A stretch of DNA of 64,000 bases from Vicugna vicugna (Eukaryota), in NCBI GenBank assembly GCA_013265495.1, contig MU061578.1:3607308-3671307 (forward strand), read 5' to 3'. The notes beneath the pieces are model-generated. The model worked only from the letters and a program-made list of their open reading frames with translations. It was not told the origin of the DNA and did no database searches. A program made the translations under genes and the position numbers. Below, piece after piece: positions 39,701 to 52,399 of this stretch. Numbering within the stretch: the stretch's first letter is position 1; each line of letters begins with the position of its first letter.

Positions 39701-42093
39701 TCTCCACTGACAGATTATTTTTTCCTTTTACATTTTTCACCTAAAACATCTCATGCATCCTTTCTGAGAAGACATAGTTTTATTTTATTTTGCTTTAGTG
39801 AGCTTAAATTAATTTGAATCACATTTTTTAATATACCCAAGTGAAGGGGAGCAGAACATCTCTTCCAGTGAAAAAATATAAGACTATTTTCAGCCACGTG
39901 TACTCACGACAGGTTTTCAAAACTCTTCCCTGACCAGTACATCCTAGCTGTGATGAGGAAACGCTGTTTAAAGTAAAACTGACAGTGGATATGACTTTCC
40001 TGGTTGCTAGGTGCAGGACGGCACCCCCGAACCACACGTCGGATAGCCGAAGCAGCCTCCCTGCACCAGGCACTGCACTCCCACTCTTGGTAACTCCAGC
40101 TGTTCAAACGGGACACATGCACCTAGAAGTCTCCCTCCTCTGACATGACTTAGAATCACATGTCCCAAGAGACAGTAGCCTCTTAGACATCAAGAAAAAC
40201 CCACCCAGAGTCGTCTTGTGCTGGTAAACACCCACTGACTGGAGAGGGGGCAGTGACCACGTGTGGCCGCCGTGGAGGTCAGACGCCTTGAGGTGGCAGT
40301 GCCCTGTGAATCCCAGGTGGGCAGGAGCAGACGGGAGCGAGGGCAGCTTCACCTGCCTCGCAGCTGCCGGATGGGCATGAGGCACACTCCACCTCATGGG
40401 TGTCAAACCCTATTTCTACCCTTCCCACCTGGGCCTTAGAAAAGAAAATATCATAAATCAAATGTAAATCTCCTCCCTTCAGGAACCCAGCACAGTTTCT
40501 GTATGAACTGAACCCATGGTGCTGACACACGATACTATGTTGCCGGCCACCCTGTGGAAACCTGGTAAGTGACACCTGACACCCGTGGGTGTTTCTTCTG
40601 ATAAATGCAGCTCATGCCACGTGGCCAATCACACTGAAGTTTCCCAAAGTCTTTGCATAAGTTAGAGCTCTGACCACCAGGTTGTTTGCTGGGCAACAGT
40701 AACATGTCCACACCAGGGCCCCAGGAAGCAGAGAGGGCAGCTGGGGTGACTGATGTGCCCTCCTACCTGCAGACTGGATTGGGGGAGGTGCCTTCTGCTC
40801 GCACACCAAGTGTCACTCAGACTTGCTCAGGGACCAGGGCCCAGATAACAGGAGCTGGGAGGGATGCCAGATGGCTCCCAGCCCACAGGCACAGCCCTGG
40901 GACCACTCTAAATAAACCAGCAAGTGGCACTGAGGGAGTCAGGCATCTAAGTAAAAACCTACTCGCTGTTGTGGTCCAGGACCTTGCCAGCCCCACGGCC
41001 TGAGCCTGCACCCCAGCCTGTCAGGCCACCAAATGAAGATTTCCTCCCAAAGGGCAGAGGCCCCCAGCGGGAACATTGTTGCAGCAGGAGCCCCAGAGGT
41101 GCTTAACCTCCTGCTCATCTACACAGACATCTCCTTCTCTGCTTCCTGCTTGTCTACCCAGACACTACCCCCTCCATGTCCACACAGACCCTGATGTGTC
41201 TACAGAGACACCGTCCCCGACCCCAGAACTTTCCTTACAGAGACCTCTGGTAGGTGATCTTTCCTGAATGCTGGCCCAGAGCCTGAAAGAAGAGTGGCAT
41301 TGCCCACCCATCCTGGTCTGACTGCAGCAGAGCACCATACGGTCCCTCGACTTTCATCTGGGTCCATCCCAAGCCATATACTGTGCTGACGCCCCGTCTA
41401 TAGTCCCATATGACTTTTTTGGTTGTCCGGCCTCCTGGAGCCAACACCACCTCTGATCTGCCGGTACTGGAGCCTGTTCTCCCCAGAGGGCCAGCCTGAC
41501 CTCTGACCTTTGGCAAAGGTTCCTTCAAACACAGGCTGGCAGTATGACCAAAGGTCCATGCTCTGGAGGTGACCTTGGTAATTGCTTATTTTGCAAATTG
41601 ACATAATGTTTTGTAAACTTTTCTGAATCCTGCTCTTTGCATGTCACAATACATTGCAAAAATCCATCTAATTCAACTCATTATTTTAAGGTTCCTTTGG
41701 AACAAGGAAGGAGAGGTGGGAGTAGTAGCAGAAGTAGATCTCCAAATGAAGCCCCACCACCAGAGGGCTCTCGGCAGCCCCCCAGCCACTCCCCCTCCAG
41801 TTCATAGCCTCCCAGCTTAGGACACTGGCAAGGCGGTCTCAGGTGCGGCCATGAAACGCCCAACAGAATCGAAATTATTCCTAAAGAGAAAGGCTCCTGG
41901 ATTTTGGTTAACTATGTTCAGTAGCATTTACCATGGCCTAATTAAAATGGTGACATTTTCCGAACTGACATAAGAAGAAAGCTTGTTCAATCTCTCCTCC
42001 TGCCAGGAGGCCTCGGTGTGCTCTGGGGGTGACATCCCAAGACTCTGAGTGACCACACATCTGGACTATACGTGCCTCAATCTTCCCTCTTAC

Positions 42094-42403
42094 CAGATCT
42101 GCCCCACGTTGACCAAGGACATGTAGAGGACCCAGAGAGCAGCCATGAGAATCATATTGGCGCAGCCGAAGACCAGGATGAAAGAGGAGATGCCCAGCCC
42201 AAGAAGCGCAAGGGCGTCTAGGTTGGAGTCCATGTGAGACCAGTCCAGCAGCCAGAGGATGGTTGGGGCGTAGCTCACAGCATCCCAGCTGACCTGCCCC
42301 CGGAAGTGCCGCTGCACACTCCTCAGGTACGTGCTGCAGGGCAGCAGGCCCCTGTCTCCAATTAGCTGCTTGTTCTGGTGGAGGGCCACCAGGAATGCCA
42401 CAC
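42094..42403 (-). CDS. LMF1: LMF1 coding exon 2 (310 nt; VAFLVALHQNKQLIGDRGLLPC...LYMSLVNVGQIW)
   Basis: Polypyrimidine tract plus CAG acceptor (ttcttcttttcttccag) and GTAAGA donor. Phase joins exon 1 (1+2 nt). The peptide is in ORF 42090..42557 and matches LMF1 transmembrane segments. Confidence 0.97.
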
Positions 42404-43284
42404 CTGGAAGAAAAGAAGAAAAAAGTAACATGAACAGGAACGCAGTCCTCTGTGGATACCAATGGGCACTTTTTAGATGTGTAGATGGCTGGGCCAGGCA
42501 AGAAGATGAGGAACAATCTGACCAATGGTTTGGACTCCAGGTGTCCGAGCATTTCACAAAATCTTGAGAGTCTTAGAAGATCCAGCCTTAGAAGCTACAA
42601 TGCACATGTATATGTACACATACCTATGTGTGTTATATCTACGTATACACAATGTATATATGTATATAAAATACACACATTTAAATAAAACATGTGCCTA
42701 TTTACATAAAATGGTTAGTTAACTATCCCAGAATGAACTCTGCTTACAGAAAATTCACAATAAAACATTCATGTCAGAAAAGTAAGAAGGCCTCAAATAT
42801 AAACTTCCACCTTAAGAAATCAGAAAGAAAGAACAAATTACACACAAAATAAGCAGCAGAAAAGAAATGTTTTAAAGGAGGCGAACACCAAAACAAAAGA
42901 GAAAATCAATAAAACCACAGGTTGATTCTTAGATAAGATCAACATAATTGATAGAATTCTAGCCAGACTTATTAAGAAAAGAAGAGAAGATATCAATATT
43001 AGAGGTGAAAAAGGGAACATCATTATGGATCCTACAGACACAAAAAGATAATAAAGGAATACCACAAATCTCTCTAGGGTTGTATATCTGACAACTTAGA
43101 TGAAATAGATGAATTACTTGAAAGACTACCAAACTCAAAAACATTGATGGTTTTTTTCAAAAAACCATCAGTGTAATTCAGCATACTAACAAACGAAATA
43201 AGAAAATCATATGATAGTATAAATAGACACACAAAAAAGTACATGAAAGAATTCATCCCTTCATGATTTAAAAAAAAAACTTTT

Positions 43285-43412
43285 GGGGGGACGGTATAGC
43301 TCAAGTGGTAGAGCGCATGCTTAGCATGCATGAGGTCCTGGGTTCAACCCCCAGTACCTCCTCTCAAAATAAATAGATTTACAAATAAACCTAATTACCT
43401 ACCCCCTCAAAA
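43285..43412 (+). mobile_element. tRNA-Ala-derived SINE (camelid Vic-1-like)
   Basis: ggtatagctcaagtggtagagcgcatgcttagcatgcatgaggtcctgggttcaacccccagtacctcc has A and B boxes and an AGC anticodon loop, followed by an AT-rich tail. Imperfect aaaaaacttt/aaataacttt flanks; nested in L1. Confidence 0.85.
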
Positions 43413-43645
43413 ATAACTTTCAGCAAATTAAGAACAGAGGGCACTTCATCAATCTATAAAAGATAGCTATGAAAAACCTACAGCAAAGATCATACTTAAA
43501 GATTAGTGACTACACTTTCCCCCTAAGATTTGGAACAAAGCAAGACTCTCTCATTACTCTTATTCAGCACTGTATGGAAAATCCTAGCTAGTGTAGTGTG
43601 GTAAGTATAAGAACTAAAAGACATATAGATTAGAAAGGAAGACAT

Positions 43646-44464
43646 AAAACTATCTTAAAAAAGTTTTTTTTTAATTGGAGTACAGTCAGTTTCAATGTGT
43701 CAATTTTTAGTGTACAGCACAATGTCCCAGTCATGCATATACATACATATATTCGTTTTCATACTCTTTTTCATTAAAGGTTATTATAAGATATTGACTA
43801 TAGGGTGATGGTGCCTTCATAGAATGAGTTTGGGAGTACTCCCTCCTTTTCAATCTTGTGGAAGAGTTTGAGAAGGACCAGTATGAGTTCTTCATTGTAT
43901 GTTTGGTAGAATTCCCCAGTGAAGCCATCTAGTCCTAGGCTTTTTTTTGCAGGGAGATTTTTCATTGCTAATTATATTTTGTTTCTAGTGATTGTTCTGT
44001 TGAAGTGGTCTATTTCTTCTTGAACTTACCATATGATCCAGCAATCCCACTTTTGGGTGTATATCCTTTAAAAGATACATGCATCCCAGTGTTCATAGCA
44101 GCACTATGTATACAATAGCCAAGACATGGAAGCAACTGAAATGTCCATAGACAGATGACTAGATAAAGAAGTTGTGGTATATTTATACAATGGAATACTA
44201 CTCAGCCATAAAAAGAATAAAATAATGCCATTTGTAGCAACATGGATGGAACCAGAGATCGTCATTCTAAGGGAAGTAAGCCAGAAAGAGAAAGAAAAAT
44301 ACGATATGATATCACTCACATGTGGAGTCAAAAAAAAAAAAAAAGACACTCATTCTATGAAGCCACCATCACCCTGATATAAAAACCAAAGACACTATTA
44401 AAAAAGAAAATTACAGGCCAATATCACTGATGAACATAGACGGAAAAATCCTCAAAACTATCTT
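43646..44464. mobile_element. Young rearranged L1 insertion nested in the old L1
   Basis: 11-bp TSD aaaactatctt at 43646-43656 and 44454-44464, with poly-T then L1 segments in both orientations. Confidence 0.8.
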
Positions 44465-47400
44465 GATTAACAGATGGCATTATTGCCTACGTAGAAAATC
44501 CCAAAGAATTCACAAAAACAAACCCTGTGGCACAAATAAGTGAGTTTTTCAAGGTCACAATATACAAGATCAATATACAAGTCAGCTATATTCCTATGTA
44601 TCAGCAATGAACAACTGTAACCTAACTTTTTTTTTAAAATTATAATAGCAACCCCACAAAGTGCCTAGATAAAAAACTAACAAAATATACACAGAATCTA
44701 TATGTAGGAAACTACAAGACATAATGAAAGAAATAAAAAAAAGATGTAAATAAATGGAGAGATTCATTGTGTTCATGAACTGGAAGAGTCAGCATTATTT
44801 AGATGTCAGTCCTCCCCAATTTGATCTATAGATTCAATGCAATCTCAATCAAAACATCCAATAAGCTTTTCACAGATACTGGCAAGTTGATTCTAAAATG
44901 TATATGGAAAACCAAAGAAACTAAAATAGCCAAAATAATTCAGATAAAGAACAAAGTTTGAGGACTCTTATTACTCAATTTTAAGACTTACTACAAAGCT
45001 ACAGTAAGAAATATAGTGTGGTACTGGCAAAAGGACAGACACATAAGTCAACAGAAAAGACCAGAGAGCCCAGAAAGAGACCTACACAAAAACAGTCAAC
45101 TGATTTTTGACAAGGGTGCAAAGACAGTTTAAAGGAGAAAGACAGTCTTTTTAACAAGCGGTGCTGGAACAACTGGACGTCACATGGACAAAGATGAACC
45201 TTGAGACATACTTCACAACTTACAGAAAAATTTATTCAAAACGGACCAGAGATCTAACTGTAAAACATGGAAGTATAGAACGTCTAGAAGAAAATATAGA
45301 AGAAAATTTATGTGACTTGGGTTTGGCAATGAACTTTTAGATACAATACCAAAGGCACGATCCATAAAGGAAAGAAACTGATAAATTCTACTTTATCAAA
45401 TGAAAAACTTTAGCTCTGTAAAAGACATTTTTAAGAGAATGAAAAGACAAGTCACAGATTGGGAAAAATATCTCCAAATCACATTTCTGATAAAGTACTT
45501 GCATCCAGAATACTTAAAGTACTGTTAAAACTGAATGATGAAGAAAAAGAAAAAGAAAACAAAAAATTCAACAATGAGAAAACAAACAACCCAGCTTTAA
45601 ATGGGCAAAAGATCTGAACAGACACTGAAAGTCATCTGCTGCACACAAAGAAGATACACAAATGCCAAATAAACACATGAAAAGATGTTTAATATCATTT
45701 GTTACTGGGGAAACGCCAATTAAAACCACAGTGCAGTATCACCACACACCTATCATAACAGCCCAAGTCCAAAAAATGAAAATACCAAATGCTCCAGAGG
45801 ATTCAGAACAACAGGAACTCTCATTTGTTGCTGGTGGGATGTAAACTGGTGTGGCTACTCTGGAAGACAGTTTGGAAGTTCCTTATGAAGTTAAACATAG
45901 ATTTACCATATGACCCAGCAATTATACTCTTAGGTATTCACCCAAATGAACCCAAAACTTACACTTACACAAAAGCCTGCATGCAAATGTTTACAGGAGC
46001 TCTGTTCATAATTGCAAAAGCTGGAAACAACATAGACGCCCCTCAGCATTGGAATGGATAAATAAACTATGGTGCATTCATACAATGAAATGATATTCAG
46101 AGAGAAAAATGCAGGAGCTGCTGATTCACGCAAGTGCATTTCACTAAGTAAAGGAACCCAGACCTAAAGTCTACACATACTGTAGGATTCCATTCACCTG
46201 ACATGGGGCAGAACACAGATCAGAGTGTGCCAGGGGCTAGCTGGTGGCGGAGGCAGCTGACTACGGGCACAGGAGAATTTTCAGAAGATGGAACTATTCT
46301 GTACGGTACTTGGGTGATGGATAACTATGCATTTGTCAAAACTCATAAAAATGTACATCACAAAAACTGAACTTTAATGTATATAAACTCAAAACAACCT
46401 AGCCAGGAGGTCAGGGAATGCCAGGATGGAACGCAGACTGTGACAAATGATCCAACGCCACTGCAAATGTATAGAACGGCCACATTGAATGGAAGGCATG
46501 AGGGAGAGCTGGCCTAAGTAAATTTAGAAATTGTTTGAGTGAAAATTGTAAGTACAATGGCAAAAGGAACTGTATACAAACACTGGAGTCTAATTGATAT
46601 TCCTCTCGGGGGTGGGTGAACAATTTTGTAACTGCTTTGCATGTGCACTGGGGTTGAGCAAATAAACAAACCATGGGAGATGGCGGGGCAAGATTTCTCG
46701 CTAGTGGAGAAAGGAAGTTCCAGACAAGCAAGAAGGGAAGGACAACACACATCCTGAGTACTGGATTAGAATTGGAGATGTGAGTACGATCGTGTTTACC
46801 CTAATAAATAGTCAAATGGACACACAGAGAAATGGTCACATGTGACTGTGCACACACATGTATGTAACCTAGCTCTGTCTGCTAAGAGTCTGGAAGTAGT
46901 GACATGCAATGCAATGGGCACTCTTGGCAGCCAGATCTAGGTTCTTAACATCACTCTCCAATCAAAGGAACAAGGGCTCCCAGAGAAATGGCTGGTTTTA
47001 GAGCTGAGAAATAAGAGAGGAGCCTGCAGCATCCTGCAGCACCAGGAAGTAAGGAAGCACTCACAGAACGAAGAACAGAGGCACGGCACAAGGACAAGGG
47101 AGACAACTGGGAAGAACCACCACTGACTAGAGCCAGACAATTTGATACCACATCGGTAATAGTGTGGGACCATAACCCAGAGTGTAAACAAACGTGGCGA
47201 CTGCTAAATAAATTCCTTACAGAGGAAATCTAAGTAATACATGAAGATGCCCCCTTGGGCAGGGGGTGGCAGCGCCGATGACCCCTCCCCTGGAGCGCAG
47301 GCTGGAACCCATCATTGGCTTCAAGAGGACAGAGAATGGATGGGAAGAGTAGAATCTGATGGGAGAAACACCTGGCACACACCTCAACCAGGTGATCCAG

Positions 47401-48447
47401 GTGAACATAATCCATGATGTGAAAGGCACCTCACCTCTGTGGGACTCTCCCCAAATCACAACCTGTCCAGTCATGAGAAAATACTGGACAAACCAATCGA
47501 GGGACATTCTACCAAATATATGACCAGACCTGCTCAAAACTGTCAGGGTCATCAAGAACCAGGGACGTCTGGAGACTGCGAGTGTCATCACATGTTTACC
47601 CTAATATATATTTAAATGGACACACAGAGAAATGACCAGAGGGAGCTCAGGAGTGGTGAGGGCTAACGCCAGGCGCTCCTGGGAGGGACCCAGAACCAGA
47701 AGGGGCACTGGTGGAAGTCTGACAGTCTGGAGTTTGGTTAGTAGTTTTAAAAATAAAAGGGTGAATGTTTCTTGAAAGCCTACTATGGGCAGCTCACTGC
47801 CCTGTAGGAAGAAAACTGAGACCTGAGCCCACCCGTGAGAGAAGACATCCAGGACGTCATGAATAAAGACTGAGTGCTAGACACCTGGTCTTCTCCCTGC
47901 CCCCTTCTTCCCACACCCCTCCTGCTGCCTCCACCACTGGGCAGAAACTACCCAAGTCCACGTGCCACTGACTTTCCTGGTAACGTCGAGGCCACCCCAC
48001 CGTGGTGCCCACTCAGCCCTGGCCCTATGTGTGTATGCACGCACATGCATCCAGGTGCAGCCTGTCTCTCCTGACTCAGACTGCTCCTGCACACTCCAAA
48101 ATCCACTCCGGGCTCTTCCACACAGGGGGACCTAGTCAGCAAAGGCTGAACAGCTAGATGTCCTCCCTCCCCATAACCACAGTTCACAGTTCAATGCCAT
48201 GAAAGAAAAATGAGATTTGGCTTCGCCAATTAAATAGTTTAAAAAAGTAAATTGAAGGCGAGCAGCATAGGAAACTTCCAACCTTACCTACAGGAAAAAA
48301 TTAATATAGAAGGGATTTAAATTTCAGAAGAAAAAAACCTATTTTTCACTCCTGTTACAGAAATGGCTAAGTAGAAAGAAAAAACAATTCAAAAAAAAAA
48401 TCACAGGATCTCAAAGCTAAACCAAATAACCAAACTTAGAAAGGCTC

Positions 48448-48543
48448 AGTCACCCCCACCCTACTCTAGGAAGGAAGGAGACAGCTCCCCCAAGACCCAG
48501 CTCTAAGAAGGAAGGAGTCAGCCCCCAACCCAGCTCTAGGAAA
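48448..48543. repeat. Short imperfect tandem repeat, about 31-37 bp x 3
   Basis: agtcacccccaccctactctaggaaggaagg / agacagctcccccaagacccagctctaagaaggaagg / agtcagcccccaacccagctctaggaa. Confidence 0.75.
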
Positions 48544-49939
48544 GCTTCTCAGCTGCTCCTTGAAGGGGTAACTCAGAGACTGATCTAGAAGAGGGGACCA
48601 GGTCACCTTATGCATTATCAAAGATGTCTGCAAATATTTTCTTTAAAAATCAAAAAGAAAAAATTTAGTCTTCTCTCCCCTTCAGATAAAGTGCATTAAA
48701 ATTAAAACAGAATCATCTGCGAAATGTCACTCTCCACTGGGTGGTTTTATTGACTGTGGTTAAAATCTGGGACTTAGCACAATAACCACCAATACTTTTT
48801 CTTTAAAGGCGTGTACTATACAGAGCTCAGAAGTAGGGCAGTGTTTGTTTTTTAAACAAACTGGAAGCATTTTACAGAGAAGCTTGTAAAACCAAGCAGA
48901 GCATTTCATTAGAATTCATGGGGCCTGGAGGAAAGAACAAGAACTAACTTCCCATGAACTCTCAGAACCGCTGAAAACTTAGAACAGAAAACTACGCAAG
49001 ATTCCAGTATTCTCTTGGTTCCATTTTTTCCCTCAAATTTTCCAGAGAATAGCTAAGAGTGCAGCAAATGCAGGTGTAGGTGGGTCTGCTGGGCACCCTC
49101 AGTCCTGGGCTTGGGCACTGACCCCACCAGACCCCAGGTGACACTCCTCTTGACCACGAGTGTGACAAGGTGCCACCCTTAGAGGGTGCAGTCTGGGTTC
49201 ATCTCAGACGCTCCAAGAGATCATTAGCTGGCGGGAAAGACGTAATAAACTCCACTACACGTAATGTTAGCAAGGAAAGATGACAAGCATAACACCACAC
49301 AACGCATCCAAACCAAAAGGACAGTACCACGAGCTGGCAAATCCAGGAATTAAGAGTTAGGCTGAAACTAGCTTGAGATCCTTTTGAAGTAGAATTTTTA
49401 AAGAAACATTATCCCGGGGACTCCACAGTGACAGTCTGGAACCAGGGAGATAAATAATTTTACTGATGCATCAAAAAAAATCTTCCGCTGGCTCCAGTGC
49501 TCACAGCTCCTTCTGGAGAGCCCTGCAGCGGCAGTCACCTTCACGCGGCTTCTGACGATCACGGCAGTCACAGAGGTGGGTCCACGTTGGGAGTAAAACT
49601 CCAGGGCCCAGGAGGAGCTCACCTCCTTTTCCATCACATCCTCATTTAGCTTCAGGCTCTGGCCGGAGCTGGGAGTCTTGGTGGGCTGGTGGTCCCCAAA
49701 TAGGGTGCAGCTGGGACCCACTGGGGTATCTGGACAGACATGAGCCTAAAGTCAGCAGACTGGGCAGAGCCAGAAGAGCTCGTCCTGAATGAGGGCAGGA
49801 GTCTTTTAAGTCCAAGTGAGCTCACTGAGGCCCTGAGAAGGAATGAGGGAGGGAGCTCACAGAGCCATGCTGTTACATGACAGGGACAAGGGTGGCAAGG
49901 CAGCAGGCTCGAAAAGCTCCCAGAAGGAAAGCAAGTCCC

Positions 49940-50736
49940 TATGGTATTGTAATATCATAAGAAATATTCATTTGCTCTTCGTCCTGGTTCCTGGCACAGA
50001 GCTCCTAAAATCCTGGGGATTTCCTGAGTGATGGGGTGAGAGGAGCATCTGTCATTCATAACAAGCCCCATTCAACCTCACCCGGGTTTATACCAATAGG
50101 CTCTCGGGGGATCCGAGGATGAGGACTGGTTGCCAGGGGAACTTTCAGCCCCACTCCTGACCTCCAAACTCCAGAGGGGGAGGGGCTGGAGAAAACTACT
50201 CTCCAACTACCAGGGATTTAATCAGTCATGCCTATGTACTGGAGCCTCCCTACAAACCCTACATGAAGGGGTTCAGGGAGCTTCTGGCTGTGAACATGTA
50301 GAGGTGCAGGGAGGGTGGCTCCTACAGGGGGTATCAGGGCTCCACACCCCTTTTCTGAGCATCTCTTCCATCTGGCTGTTCCTGAGTCATGTGTCCTGTA
50401 TGGTAAACCAGTAAACAGAAGCAAAGTGTTTCCCTGTGTTCTGTGAGCCATTCTGGTACCCTGAGGTCATGGGCACTCCAATTTACAGCTGGTGGGTCAG
50501 AAGCACAGGTGACGACCTGGACTTGTGACTGGTGTCTGAGGTAAGGGGTCTGTGGGACTAAGCCCTCAGCCTGTGGGGTCTGCACTGATGCCTGGCAGTT
50601 AGCCTAAGAACAAAGTGATGTGTGGGACACACAGGTGGTGTCTGGACAATGAGAAGATTAGTCAGTGTGAGACAGAAGCCACATCTGGTGTCAAAAGCAT
50701 GTGAGCAGAAGAGATGACAATGTTTCCCTTTAATCA
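49940..50736. mobile_element. Solo LTR, MER21-like
   Basis: ggttcctggcacagagctcctaaaatcctggggatttcctgagtgat and gtgtttccctgtgttctgtgagccattct are typical MER21-family text. Family assigned by eye. Confidence 0.6.
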
Positions 50737-52399
50737 CCTGCAAAAGAGCAGGAGTCAGACTGGGTAAAGACTCCTCAGCACCACAAAACTCCGAGGAACA
50801 CTGCTCGGACTAAGAACCACAGACCCAGGCATATGGATACTTCCCATGTGTGCAAGGAAGGACAGGACACAGAAGGTTCACCTCTCCACATCCTTTTTTG
50901 GAAAGCTGTTTGGGGATACACACCAGCCAAGAGAGAGGACAAACTAAAAAAATAAGATGTGAGATCAGAGGAATCATGACTACAACTCCGAGAGAACCAG
51001 GGACCTCAAGGGTGGGCACTCTGTGAACTGAGTGATCAGCTGGGGCACTGACTGGAGAGGGAGGAGGGCACAGTTGGAAAGGTATCCCGTGGTGACACAG
51101 AGTGATAAAGACTGCAAAAAGTCCAGGAAATTGTATGGAGCTTCCAGAAGACAGAGGATGGAGGTATTAAACACTGTCCCTGAATGCAAGGAGCTTCCGG
51201 GGAGATGCACAGATAGGTAGGCTGACAGCAGTAAGGACGCTGTTAGATGTGCAGAGGGTACAGGAAGCACAGGACAGGGGTCCATTATTCAGCTTCTTGG
51301 TTAGCAGGCCATGAGAACAACGATAACCTCCAACATCAAGGGAAATGTGTGAAGAGCCAAGGGGATTGTGGGAAATCCCTGGAACTTAAAGGACTCTGAG
51401 GTACCTCTCAGCCCCCATGAGATCCGGAATCCTCTAGAAAGAGATCAATGCAGGATGACTGCCCACCTGCCTGGGCCATCTCAGCCACAGAATCTCATCA
51501 CTGGAAGATGGGAAACTGGTTCCTTTGCAGAAAAACACTGATTCTACCCCAAATAGCGAGAAAAGATAGGGGCGAAATTCATCTACCAAAGTAAATCATT
51601 CTGTTCTCAGCACCAGGCTTAAAATATATGCTTGCCCCGGTGGTGCATAACAGGTTTCATCCTGAATTGAATAGAGTATTCCTATGGAGATCAAAGGCTG
51701 CCCCACTCATCGGAGAGCTGAGTTGGGTTTTATAAACTGTGCTCTCTCCAAGCAAAGCCACCAGGGTCTTTCCACTGTTGCGGGGCCAGTTTAAAGGTCC
51801 ATTAGAGTCTCGCAGATTAACTTTGTCTTGACTCGGTCTTTTGCTAAGAAACAGCTCAAACGTTTAGAATGACTATTTAATCCTGCGGGGGATAAAGCAA
51901 TACTGGCAAGAACTATTTTTTTTGCAGTAACTTAGCACAACAGGAAGAGCTGAAAGCCGGTACCGGAGATCCCCCATTTTGGTGCAGAGGCCCTCCGAAA
52001 GTCTCGCGGTGACCACTGGCTTCCACCACCACGGTGACCCCACAGTGTTTGCTGAAGGTCGCTGTGCAGAGAGCTGCATCCTCATCCCTCCTTTCGCGTG
52101 CGAGGGAAGGGACTTAGACTTAAAGCTGGCACGTTTGGTCCCCGCGGCACGCAACCACGGCCCCCGCGCCAGGGACCAGAGCCCTCCGGAACCCACAAGT
52201 AGGGGAGCTGCCCACTCGCTCCAGGTGGTCTCAGCCGGGGGCTGCCCCCCATCCCCACTGGCCCCCGCACTTCCAGGTTCCTTTGAGCAGCCCAGTTTGG
52301 CTTCAGGCACCGCTGCTCGGCTCAGGGAGTTTGAATACTCCGGGCGTGTGGGCCAGACCAGGGAATGCACTCCGCGCTGGGTGGGAGTCCAGCGGTGTT

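Larger units (their letters stand above)
42760..47760 (+). mobile_element. About 5 kb old L1 (L1MC/MB-like) ORF2 plus 3'UTR in LMF1 intron 1, antisense to the gene, hosting nested younger insertions
   Basis: Continuous L1 ORF2-like text (gatctatagattcaatgcaatc, aagacttactacaaagctacagtaa, ttaccatatgacccagcaatt) with many stops and frameshifts. ORF 45789..46061 shows the LPYDPAI motif of the ORF2 C-terminus. Confidence 0.88.

Noticed and set aside
43285..43361. Apparent tRNA-Ala(AGC) gene
   Set aside because: It is followed by a SINE-type tail, is nested in an L1, and has a diverged sibling at 58080-58167, so it is better explained as a SINE.
43731..46139. Short ORFs with protein-like text (e.g. 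44174..44377, 45789..46061)
   Set aside because: They are decayed L1 ORF2/3'UTR remnants, not host genes.
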